Shown here in pieces: positions 9,069 through 19,594 of a DNA stretch of 35,321 nt. The stretch's first letter is position 1. Every line of letters starts with the position of its first letter. The notes below the pieces were generated by a model, which saw only the letters and a list, made by a program, of their open reading frames with translations, had not been told where the DNA came from and searched no databases. Source of the stretch: Neophaeotheca triangularis (lineage: Eukaryota); assembly GCA_054600435.1 (NCBI GenBank), contig BAAIJX010000056.1:124001-159321 (forward strand). The letters run 5' to 3'. The translations under genes and the position numbers were made by a program.

Positions 9069-11027
9069 ATGGCCGAACTCCACGAAGCCCTCAAAACCCT
9101 CTCACCCATCGACTACGATGACGAACTCGACCACAACGCCCTCCCCTCCTTCTTAACAGAAACCTTCGAAAATGCCGAACTCCTCTGCAACTCCGTCCCA
9201 CCCCCGGCAGGTGGGAAAACCACCCCAGAAGCCGAGCCCGCCTGCTCAAAACCCAACACCGCGCGCTCCACCAAAGACATGCAAGTCTCCGAAGCGCGAT
9301 CCCCTGCTCTCGACCCCTCCCACGAAGCGCTGCAAAAGTCCTGGGGGAAACCGTACAAATTCGGGCAAAAGGAAAACCCGCTGGGCATTGCGCTGTACAA
9401 GATGGCGGGCAAGGATAGGAATGGCGCGTGGTTTGCCCGCCGCAGCGTGCACGAGGGCATGGGGTTCGACAAGTTCAAGCGTGCGATGCAGCGGGAGTTT
9501 CCCGAGTCGCTTGCCGTCCAGGGCGGGCCGGGCGAGGGTGCTATCAGGGGTTTGACCGGGGATAGGAGGCTGGAGAGGCTGGATGTTGAGGGTGGGGGAA
9601 AGGGGCGTGTGGAGGTTTATCAGTTGAGTGCGCAGTTTCCTGGCCCTGTGACGCCGAGGGAGTTTATGACGCTGCTTTCGACGAGTGAGAATGCGTTGAC
9701 GGGGAAGAGTGAGATGGACACTGCTTGGGGGGAGAAGGTCGTGCCTAGGCATTTTTTGATCGTTTCTAAACCTGTGAAGCATCATGATGCCCCTGAGAGG
9801 GCGGGGTTCCTTCGCGGGCAGTATGAGAGCGTGGAGATGATTAGGGAGATTCCACTGAACAAGGAGAAGCCCGAGTTGAATCCAGTGGAGTGGATTATGA
9901 TTACGAGGAGTGATCCTGGAGGTGGAATACCGCGGTTCATGGTGGAGCGAGGCACGCCTTCAGCTATGATTGGGGATGTTCACAAGTTCCTCGACTGGGC
10001 GGCTGCCATGGAGGATGTTCCCGACGCTGACGCCGACGTCGACAAGCAAATAGAGACATCTGACACTACCGTCGAGACGAGTGAGCCCGCTCCGACGGCG
10101 GAAACGGCTACTGAAGCAGCCCCAGCAGGAATTGCACAGACAAACGGTGTTTCTACTGAGCAAAAGGCTCCCGTCGAAGGCACTACTGAGAACAGCGGCA
10201 TGTTCTCCAACGTAACCAACGCCATCGAAAACGGCATCCAAACCTACGCCCCTGCCGCCGTATCCTCCTACCTCCCCAACAACAGCACCGACAACGTCAA
10301 CGTCTCCTCCTCGGCCTCCTCCAGCAGCACGTCCATCAATTCCTTCATGTCAGCCGAAGAAGAACGCCGCGCCTCCGCCATCGGGGCCACAGCAAACCCA
10401 ACCTCAACCTCCAACCTCTCCGCCGCCAGCACCACCGACGCCGCCGCCTCCACCTCTTCCCCGGAAAGCTCCAAAACCCCCACCAACACCACCACCCAAG
10501 CCGCCGACAACGAAAAGCAAGTGCAAAAACTCCAAACCAAACAACAGAAACTCGAAGAAAAACTGTCCAAAAAGCGGGAAGCGGAAGAAGCCAAACTGTC
10601 GCAATCGAAACAAAAAGAAGAGTCGGAACAAGTGAAAGCGCGGGAGAAGTACGAACGCGAGCTGAAAAAGACGGAAGAACGACACGCGCGCGAAGTCGCG
10701 AAACTGGAACAGAAGAAGCAGAAGGAAGCCGAGAAAGCGGCGGCGAAGCGTCGTAAACACGCCGACAGAGACGCGTTGAGCAAGGTTTCCCGCGAGCGCG
10801 ATGATTTCCGCGAGCAGGTTGATTTGCTCAAGCGCGAGATGGAGTTGGTTCGGCTGCAGTTGGGGGCTGCGCAGAGGGAGAATACGGCGCTGGCGACGCG
10901 GTTGGGGAAGTTGGGGGGTGGGGGTGAGGCGTTGAAGGGGGTTAGGGCGGAGTTGGAGGCCGAGGGGGCCGAGGGGGCGAGGAGTCGGGCGAGTTCTAGT
11001 GTCAAGAGTGGGAAGGGGGCCTCGTGA
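9069..11027 (+). CDS. DUF3074 (START-like fold) protein with Ser/Thr-rich linker and C-terminal coiled coil, 652 aa
   Basis: Motifs WFARRSVHEG, YQLSAQFPGPVTPREF, RGQYESVEMIRE and PVEWIMITRSDPGGGIPRFMVERGTP. Lys/Glu-rich coiled-coil tail. One continuous ORF. Confidence 0.85.
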   Translation: MAELHEALKTLSPIDYDDELDHNALPSFLTETFENAELLCNSVPPPAGGKTTPEAEPACSKPNTARSTKDMQVSEARSPALDPSHEALQKSWGKPYKFGQKENPLGIALYKMAGKDRNGAWFARRSVHEGMGFDKFKRAMQREFPESLAVQGGPGEGAIRGLTGDRRLERLDVEGGGKGRVEVYQLSAQFPGPVTPREFMTLLSTSENALTGKSEMDTAWGEKVVPRHFLIVSKPVKHHDAPERAGFLRGQYESVEMIREIPLNKEKPELNPVEWIMITRSDPGGGIPRFMVERGTPSAMIGDVHKFLDWAAAMEDVPDADADVDKQIETSDTTVETSEPAPTAETATEAAPAGIAQTNGVSTEQKAPVEGTTENSGMFSNVTNAIENGIQTYAPAAVSSYLPNNSTDNVNVSSSASSSSTSINSFMSAEEERRASAIGATANPTSTSNLSAASTTDAAASTSSPESSKTPTNTTTQAADNEKQVQKLQTKQQKLEEKLSKKREAEEAKLSQSKQKEESEQVKAREKYERELKKTEERHAREVAKLEQKKQKEAEKAAAKRRKHADRDALSKVSRERDDFREQVDLLKREMELVRLQLGAAQRENTALATRLGKLGGGGEALKGVRAELEAEGAEGARSRASSSVKSGKGAS

Positions 11028-11871
11028 GATGGGATTGGGTAGGGGGTTGTGAGATGTGGTTGGTGGTGAGTAGGGGTTTGTCTACATGTGTTTCTAGCGG
11101 GGCGTTTTTTGGTCAAGGGTCGTGGATTGAATTTCGTAGCGGCTTTTTATGTCGTCTGATGTGGCATGTGGTATATGAATGAAAGTCTTGACTGTTTGTC
11201 TAACGCCGTCTCCTAAAGGTATACCGGTACGCCGAATAGTCTCCCTCGACGAGCGGTATCGTAGCGTATCTGCTTGAGTAGATAGCTACAGTATTTACAG
11301 TAAGGACTGACTACAGTGTGGCTAGATCAGGTAAACACAAGACGGCTTAGCACACCAGAATTAGGAAGGTAAGGTTTGTGGTGTTGCGAATGTCTTCCGG
11401 CGGTATGTACCTCGTTCGTAATTAGTAAACGTCGACGCATGCGAATGTCATTGAATCTGCAATAAGGTACCTCCTAGCAATAGTAAGACGCGTTCGGATG
11501 TTGATTGGCCGTCGGAAGCTCCAGCATCCGAGATGTCATAAGACTCAGACGACACCTCACACCCGACGTCCTCATCTACCAAGCTCGCGAGGAACGCGAA
11601 GGCCAAGGGAGGCATCAACTTGAGTGACGGGCAGTCAGTGGCGTGCAGGCATTTCTTCTTCAACAATACCTTGTGCGTACTTAGTTACAATAGATGATGA
11701 GATAGCTCTTTCTTCTTCGCTCTATACGTTCGCCTTTCTTCACCTTTCTGTTTCTACTTTGACCAACTATTCCCTCTCTCTAACAACCCAACACCACCAA
11801 AACATCACCGACTAAACAACTAATCAACTAATCAACCAAACAACCACTCCCCCCTCCCGCTCACACCGGAA

Positions 11872-14800
11872 ATGCGCTGGGGCAAAAAACCCAAACCTGA
11901 CCCCGGGAAAGAAACCCCAAACGAAGAACCCCAAGACGCGACCGCCGACCTCGACGTCTGGAACAACACCGGCCTCTCCCCAACCCAACTGGCATCGGTA
12001 AAAGCCCAAGCGGACACGACCCTCGAGAACCCCAACCCCGCCGGCATCCTCTCCGTCTACCGCTATGCCACACCGGCCGAGTTTGCGCTCATGGCGCTCA
12101 GTGCCGTCTGCTCAATCGCCTCGGGCGCGACGGTGCCGCTGATGCTCGTCGTCTTTGGCAACTTGGTGGGGAACATCTCGCAAGTGGGGGATCCGGCGGC
12201 TGGATCGCAGACGGGGGGGATTTTTGGCGGGGGGGATAGGTCCAATCTGGTGTTGATTTTGGTCTATATTGCCGTGGCTGAGTTTGTGCTTTCTTTTGTT
12301 AGTACCGTTGGTTGGCAGCATACGGGGAGGAGGGTTACGAGGAAGGTGAGTTTGAGCTTGACTTTGGGAAAAGGGGTGCGAGTTTTTTGAGGGGACGGCT
12401 GTTGATGTGTGTGTACAGGTCAGGGAGCAGTATTTTTCGACGCTGTTGAGGCAGAATGTTGGGTTTTTTGATTCGTTTGGTGAGTCGTGGTTACTCTTTG
12501 CAACGGGCATTTCTCATGTTTTTGGTGGCGTTTCTTGGGTTGATTTCTGGTCGGCGAGAGGCTTAAGAATAGTCTAGCCGTTGACTTGAAGATCCGTCTT
12601 GTCACACTTCAGATGATCAAACATTGAGGCAGCAGGCAACAACGCCATGCAGAGAGCGCACAAACCGACATCATCGCTAACACCTCCCCACAGGAACCGG
12701 CAAAGTAACATCTCAACTCACCTCCGACATGAATGCAATCCAAAACGCCATTTCCGAAAAGGTCGGTCTAACCATCAAAACCGTGGCGCTCGTCATAGGC
12801 TCCTTCATCGTCGGGTTCGTGCAGTACTGGGCGCTTGCCTTGATCCTCTCTTCAGCTCTACTGGCCATCATTTTCCTCGGAGGTGCCCTCTCCGCCCCAA
12901 TGAAGAGATGGACGCAAAAGAGCAGCGAGAAGTCTGCAGAAGCTAGCATGGTATCCGAAGAAACGTTCGCCGCGATGAAGACGGTCATCTCGATGAACAT
13001 GAAACAAAGCATGATTAACAGATACCGCAAACCTGTGCTGGCGGCAGAGTACTCGAGCTGGGGCGCAAAAGCTATGCTGGCAGTACTCTTCGGCGTGATG
13101 ATGTGCATTGTCAACCTCATGTACGGTCTCGCTTTCTGGCAGGGCAATCGCTTCATACAGAGCGGTTCGGACTTGGATCTAGCGGGTGTCATCATCACAC
13201 TCTTGGCTGTCATTACTGGATCCTTTTCGATCGCCTCAATGGCACCGAATTTCGAAGCTTTCGTGACCGGAGCTTCGGCGGCCACTGCCATCTTCCGCGT
13301 CATCGATCGCGAGTCGCCCATTGATGTTACTCTTCCCGGTGGTCGAGATGCTGCGGACATAAAGGGCAATATACATCTTGAGAATATCAGACTAGTCTAC
13401 CCCACCCGGCCGGACGTTTCTGCGCTTCGGGGTTTCACTCTGGATGTACCCGCCGGGAAGACGACAGCGCTTGTTGGGCCAAGCGGCGCGGGTAAAACCA
13501 GTATCGTTGGACTGTTGGAGCGCTTTTACAATCCAGTTGAGGGGACAATCACGGTGGACGGAGTCGACATCAAAGACTACAATCTCGCCAGCTTGAGGGG
13601 GCGTATTTCCGTGGTCAGTCAGGAACCGATTCTATTCAGCCGCTCGATAAGAGACAATATTGCGTTTGGGTTGCCGGAAGAGCAAGTCAGATCAATGGAG
13701 AAGGAGAAGATCGACTCGCTGGTCAGAGACGCTGCTTCACGCGCCCACGCCACTGGCTTTATAGCACAACTGCCTCAAGGATTCGACTCAGTAGTTGGTG
13801 ATAGGGGTGTGCTGCTTTCTGGAGGCCAGCGCCAGAGGGTTGCCGTGGCACGAGCCATCATCTCCGACCCGCAAATTCTCCTCTTAGACGAAGCTACTTC
13901 GGCGCTAGATACGGAAAGCGAGAGAGAGGTGCAAGCTGCACTGACGGAGATGTCGCACGATCGCACTACCATCATCATCGCTCACAGGCTGTCTACGATC
14001 CGTCATGCTGACTCGATTGCCGTCGTCGCGGAAGGCAAGGTTGTGGAACAAAGCAAACACAACGACCTTTTGGAGCTGGACGGGCTTTATGCAAAGCTTG
14101 TGCAAGCGCAGAATGTTGGGGGAGGCGACATAGCCGACGCAGGCGAGTCCCCCGGCAGCTCTGCTTCAGCTTCTCTTGCGAAGCAACCAAGCAGCGGCAC
14201 TGATCAGTCTGTACCGAAAGAAGGGGAGACCGTAGTCGCCCCCATTGCAGGCCAGAACGTTCTCACCAAGACGCCCAGCTCGCACTCAAATGGACCCGCC
14301 AAAGAAGAAACCCCCAAGCCCGCTTCGATCTGGGCAGTGATAAAATTCGTCTACCGCTTCAACCGTCCAGAACGCTGGCATCTCCTCGGCGGCGTCCTTT
14401 TGTCCATCATCTCCGGCGCCGTACAACCCGTTACAGCGGTCCTCTTCGCCAAATCCATCTTCGCCCTTGCCCTGCCAACTCCCGGCCAGTATGGCACAAA
14501 CTTCTGGGCCGCCATGTACCTAATGGTGGCTTTCGTGACTTTACTCGCCTTGACAGGCCGAGGCATCCTCTTCGGTCGAGCTTCCGCAAGCCTCACACGA
14601 AGAATCCGACTACATCTCTTCGCGCTCACGCTGTCCAAAGAAGCCGAGTGGTTCGATCGCAACGAAAATGGGCCGGGAATGCTGGCCTCAATGCTCTCAA
14701 CGGAGCCCGAAAACGTTGCCGGCGTTTCCGGAGCCACATTGGGAACTCTGATCGACGGCGCCGTGACGCTCGTCGGCGGCTGCATCCTCGCCCTCGCTAT

Positions 14801-16179
14801 CGGCTGGAAACTAGGCCTCGTCTGTATCTCTCTCGTCCCGGTACTCCTGCTCTCGGGCTTTCTGCAAGTCGCGCTGCAGGGTAAATTCCAAGAGCGCGCC
14901 AAGGAGACTTTCGAAGAAGCGGCGGCATTTGCTTGCGAGTTGATAGCGGGACTACGCACCGTGGCGAGTTTGAGCCGCGAGCAGTATGTGCTCGAGCTTT
15001 ACCACCAGCAGCTTTATGAGTCTGAGAAGAGTGGGCTGAGGTGGGTGCTTTTGAGCTCGGCGGCTTGGGCTTTTTCGCAGGCGACGCCGCTTTTTATTTT
15101 CGCCCTTGTGTTTTGGTATGGAGGGGGTTTGGTGGGATCGGGGGAGTATGGTGAGTTTTGTTCGGTTCGTCGAGAGGTTGCAGGCCCTTTGCTAACAGTT
15201 CTCTCTAGGTATTGAGCAATTCTTTATTGTCTTTGCTGCTGTCGTCTTTGGTGCTCAGACGGCGGCGCAGTTCTTTGGATTCAGCCCGGATATCTCCAAA
15301 AGTAGGATAGCTGGCGCGCGACTCTTGGGTCTTTTTGGCCCCTCATACCAAGGCAATGACAAAGATCTCGATCACAAACCTCCCAGGACCTCGGAAAAGG
15401 ACAACAAGGCCTGGGCGTCGGGACCTATTGCTTTCGAAGACGTGCGCTTCAGATATGCGGGCAGAGCAGATTGGACGGTCCTCAACGGCGTGAATCTAGA
15501 GATCAAACCCGGCGCCTTCGTGGCCCTTGTCGGACCTTCGGGAGGCGGCAAATCCACAATAATCAGCCTGATCCCGCGCATGTACGTCCCCGAAGCCGGC
15601 GCGGTCAAAGTCAGCAACCAAAACATCGCGAACATGGACGCCTCGATCCTCCGCGACGAGCTCTCCCTCGTCTCGCAAGAACCCGTCCTCTTCAGCGGCT
15701 CCATCCGCGAAAACATCATCTGGGGTCTGCCGCCCAATGCGCCGAGACCCACAGACGAGCAACTGGAGCAAAGCGGCAAAGACGCCAACATCCACGATTT
15801 CGTCACTTCGCTGCCCGAAAGCTACGACACCGTCATTGGCAACAAGGGCGTCACGCTCTCCGGGGGCCAGCGGCAACGCATCACCATCGCGCGCGCCCTG
15901 CTGCGCAATCCGCGGATCCTACTCTTGGACGAAGCGACTAGTGCGCTGGATTCGGAGTCTGAGCATTTGGTGCAGGAGGCTTTGAGTCGAGCGGCTGAGG
16001 GCAGGACGACCATTGCCGTTGCGCATCGCCTTTCCACTGTCAAGGGCGCGGATGTGATTTTTGTGGTGGAGGACGGGAAGGTGTTGGAGCAGGGCAGACA
16101 TGCTGAGTTGATGGCGCGAGGAGGGAAATATAGGGCTTTTGTTGAGGCGCAGGATTTGGGGAGGGATGAGGCGGCGTAG
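11872..16179 (+). CDS. ABCB (MDR/P-glycoprotein-like) full-size ABC transporter, about 1320 aa, 4 exons
   Basis: Exons 11872-12345, 12419-12479, 12694-15150 and 15209-16179. GT-AG introns of 73, 214 and 58 nt, with the reading frame preserved. TMD-NBD-TMD-NBD layout with Walker A GPSGAGKT and GPSGGGKS, signature LSGGQRQR twice, Walker B LLLDEATSALD twice and H-loop AHRLST twice. Confidence 0.92.
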
Positions 16180-16360
16180 TCGTCGAGCGAGCGCTTGACT
16201 GGTTGTAGTATATTCATAGATACCCCGTGGGCTGGCTGATTGGAGTAATGAGTTGGAACTTGTGGTTGGGTTTGGGTTAATAGCAATACTACACTCAATG
16301 CTATTTATAGAGAGAGTTCTCAGAAACCTTGTGGAAATCTTGATGCAGGTCCGCGGTATT

Positions 16361-16383
16361 TATACATACATATACATATACAA
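16361..16383. repeat. Short (TACA/TA)n microsatellite-like tract
   Basis: tatacatacatatacatatacaa, downstream of the ABC transporter stop in its likely 3'-end region. Confidence 0.5.
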
Positions 16384-16511
16384 CCATGTACAGACAAAAC
16401 ACGACTGAACGATTTCACCCCACGTCTCGAGATAAGTTGCTAATCTGATCACTATGGAATGGCCAACTGTCACTTACAATCTTACACCCATCAGATCAAG
16501 CACAATTGACG

Positions 16512-16520
16512 TTATCAGAT
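16512..16520 (-). promoter_or_regulatory. Candidate SreA/Sre1-type GATA site (ATCTGATAA)
   Basis: TTATCAGAT on the plus strand is ATCTGATAA on the minus strand, an exact match to ATCWGATAA. One-mismatch copies lie at about 16443 (ATCTGATCA) and about 16490 (ATCAGATCA). Confidence 0.35.
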
Positions 16521-16877
16521 GGCCGCCACACCCGCGGAGTTGGCTTTCCAACGGTCGATCGCCGAACCTTAGCAATTGAACACCGTGACAAAACAAAGTT
16601 AACAAACATCACGATGGAATTCGCCGAAGCGCATGACGATTATACTCGACCGCTGTCGGGTCGCCGCTGTTGCTGTTGCTGCTGTCGCCGCCGTATCGAC
16701 CTGGCCGGATAACAAGGAAAGGACGTCTGAGCAAACCATTCCCTCACCACCTACCCACCTCATCACAGAACCTGGGCAGGGTAGGAAAACGCCACAACCT
16801 CAACCAAGCCACCTACCTACCCACCTCCACCACCTTATCAAACTCCAACTTCCCCCTCACTCCCGAAACCCCGCGCC

Positions 16878-19038
16878 ATGGCCGACAACAACCCCCCACC
16901 ACCAGCCCTCACGCCCCTCGGCGCAGCTTGCGCCAAAGGCCATCTACCCACCATCCAGAACCTGCTGAGCGCCGGCGCCGACCCGGACGCCCCAGACGCG
17001 CAAGGCTGGACGGCGAAAGAACACGCCGCTTTCAGCGGCCACTTGCGCATAGCCGCGTACCTGGAGACTCTGGCACCACGGAAACTGGACCCGCCGTTGG
17101 CAGTGTCGAAAGCCGAAGCGCGGGAGCAGGCCTGGTTGCCGTGGGAGCGTGGGGGTTATGAGGGGTTTGAGGGGACGTGGGTTTGGGTGGTCTTGGGGAG
17201 TCTGGATGCCAAGAGGGCGGTTCCGGTTGTGGAGTTTGATGGGTGTGAGGGTTGGGATGCGGGGGAGAAGGGGTTGGTGTTGTCGGTTTGGGCTGATGGG
17301 GACCCTGAGGGGGGTTTTAGCGCCGAGTTGCCCGTGGAGGAGGGGAATGTCAATTCGCCTTGGTTGTTTCGGGTGCGGTCTTTGGAGGAGTTGCGGTTGA
17401 TTTGGAAGCTCGAGGAGCCCCAGGCTGGGGGTGCCGTGGTGGGTAGTGGCGTTGCTATGGCGAAGGATTGGGATGCGGGTCTAGCTGTTGACAAGGAGAG
17501 TCTGCGTCGGGCTGGCAGTGTTGCGTTGCAAGCGCCTGATATGTCCTATGTCGGGCGTGTGAACTTCTCACATTTCGCCATCACCCCTTTCCCGCCACCC
17601 CCTGAGCTGGCGGGTCAGAAGTGCTGGCGGTTTGGCAATGGTGTTGGTGGCCATCGAGGTGCGTTTTGAGATGTTCATGAATCGGGGAGGATTACTAAAA
17701 GATCTTTCACAGGTTCTGGTAAGAATCGCTTGAACCACAAGCAACTCCAGATTGGAGAAAACAGCGCACAAGTAAGTATGGTGGCGAGTAGTAGAGGGAA
17801 GCCTTTTATTGACATTCAAATTCTAGTCGTTCCAAACTGCTGTCGATCATGGCGCATCATTTCTTGAGGTAAGCGATTGAACACAAGGAGAGCACGATAT
17901 TTTGCTGACGTTTTGTAGTTTGGTACGTCTCCCAAGCAGACATCATAAGTCGCTCGCTAATCGGTTTAGATGTTCAACTTACAAAGGATCATGTCCCGGT
18001 CATCTATCACGACCTCCTAAGCAGCGAGCTCGGCGCGGATACTCGGATACAAGACCTCACCTTCGATCAGGTAGTTTTATCTTTGTGGTCTAGTAAGGAA
18101 GCTCCAATCTAACCACAACCTCCAGTTCAACGCAATCAACACAGACCAAGGGCCCCGACTCCCCCGAGAAAAGCGATCCAACTCCTTAGTCGAAGCCGAC
18201 ACTCCCCGCCTCGACGCCCTAACCGACCGCATGTCGCACACAAACTTCAACAAAATCAACGGCTTCAAAGCCAACACGCGCGGCACCTTCATCCGCGAGA
18301 ACACAACCTCGCTCGACGACTTCCTGCGCCGATTCAGCCGCTCCACATCCCTAAACCTCGAAATCAGTAAGCCCCAAAACCCCCAACCCGCCCAGTTCCA
18401 AAACCCCCTCAAGCCCCCAACCCCAACCTAACCCCACTTTTCCTTTCCCCTCTCCCAGAATATCCAATGCTCTTCGAAACCACCGACTGGACCATCGACC
18501 CGGTCGCGATAAAAGCAAACACCTACACCGACACCATCCTCCACAGCCTCTACACCCACACCAGCCCCTCCACAAACCTCGTCCTCTCCTCCTTCAACCC
18601 AGAAATCTGCATCGCCCTGGCCTCCAAACAACGCATCTGGCCCGTCTTCTTCCTGAGCAAGACGCTAGCGCCCAAAGGCGAAGTACGCTCGCAGTCGGTC
18701 GAGCAAGCGGTAGAATTCGCCGAAGCGTGGAAGTTGCCGGGTATTGTCGTCGAGTGCACGCCTTTGGTACAGTGTCCGCGGTTGATAGGTTGGGTCAAGG
18801 GGAGGGGGTTAAGGTTGATGAGTTTTGGGAGTGGCAACAGTAATGTGGAGAGTGCCAAGGTGAGTTTTGGGTTCTGAGTTCGGAGAAGCTGGCGTGGATG
18901 GGTGCTAATGTTTCTGTTTCTTTCCTCGCCGTGCAGATTCAATTCGACGCTGGGATCGATGCGGTTATTACTGATACCGTGGGGGCTATTGTTGGGCTCA
19001 GGGGGAAGGAAGGGAGTGCTGAGGAGGTGTGGCCGTAA
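16878..19038 (+). CDS. Gde1-like glycerophosphodiester phosphodiesterase (ankyrin repeats + GDPD, no SPX domain), about 576 aa, 8 exons
   Basis: Exons 16878-17658, 17713-17771, 17827-17868, 17919-17922, 17970-18070, 18126-18366, 18459-18859 and 18937-19038. All introns are GT-AG and the total of 1731 nt is in frame. The spliced protein has ankyrin motifs TPLGAAC...GWTAKEHAAFSGH and GDPD motifs GGHRGSGKN..LQIGENS, LEFDVQLTKDHVPVIYHD, NLEIKYPM, SSFNPEICI and GIDAVITD. Confidence 0.9.
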
Positions 19039-19594
19039 CTTGGCTTGGCTGGTTGGCGGGAGAAGTGCGATAGGAGGCATGCATTTTCTCAACAGGACTT
19101 GCTCCCTAGAATGACGGGTCATAAACTAAACGGCTAGAAAGTGTTCCTTTGCTGTTGTTTCAGCACTTATGAAAAGTAAAGACTAGCGCTTTCTATGCCG
19201 CTAGTCCGACATCTGAAGCCGGAGAGTCAAAGTTCCTACGTGAGGTCGATTTTCGTCGCAAAGGCATTGATTCGCACTTTGGGCAGCACACTTTACCAAT
19301 AGAAGAAAGGGAAAAGTCTATCGAATACGTAATCGAACGTGCCGCGAGCTTGGAAACTAGAGAATCTCACACACGTGTAAGACTGCAGAGCAGGTAGGTC
19401 TACACAACCCCACGCTCTCTCAAGCAACACCAGAACCAGCACATCTTACTCCCACTCCTTCTTACGCTTAGAAGAATGGACACCCAGCAAATGCTCATAC
19501 CTCCACCACAACTTCCCTAGCGCTCACACGTCACCCCCACCTCCCCCTATTCGTCTACCAACCTATCGACCTCCCACTCCACCAATTCCCCCCA

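Noticed and set aside
10268..11116. 282-aa minus-strand ORF
   Set aside because: Mirror of the low-complexity coiled-coil region of the DUF3074 gene.
16506..16712. Short ORF with a poly-Cys run (CCCCCC), metallothionein-like at first glance
   Set aside because: The Cys run comes from a GCT/GTT trinucleotide tract and there is no other coding support. At most a uORF.
18367..18458. CCCCAA/CCTAAC-rich tract resembling telomeric repeats
   Set aside because: No tandem CCCTAA array. It is a C-rich intron, and CTAAC is its branch point.
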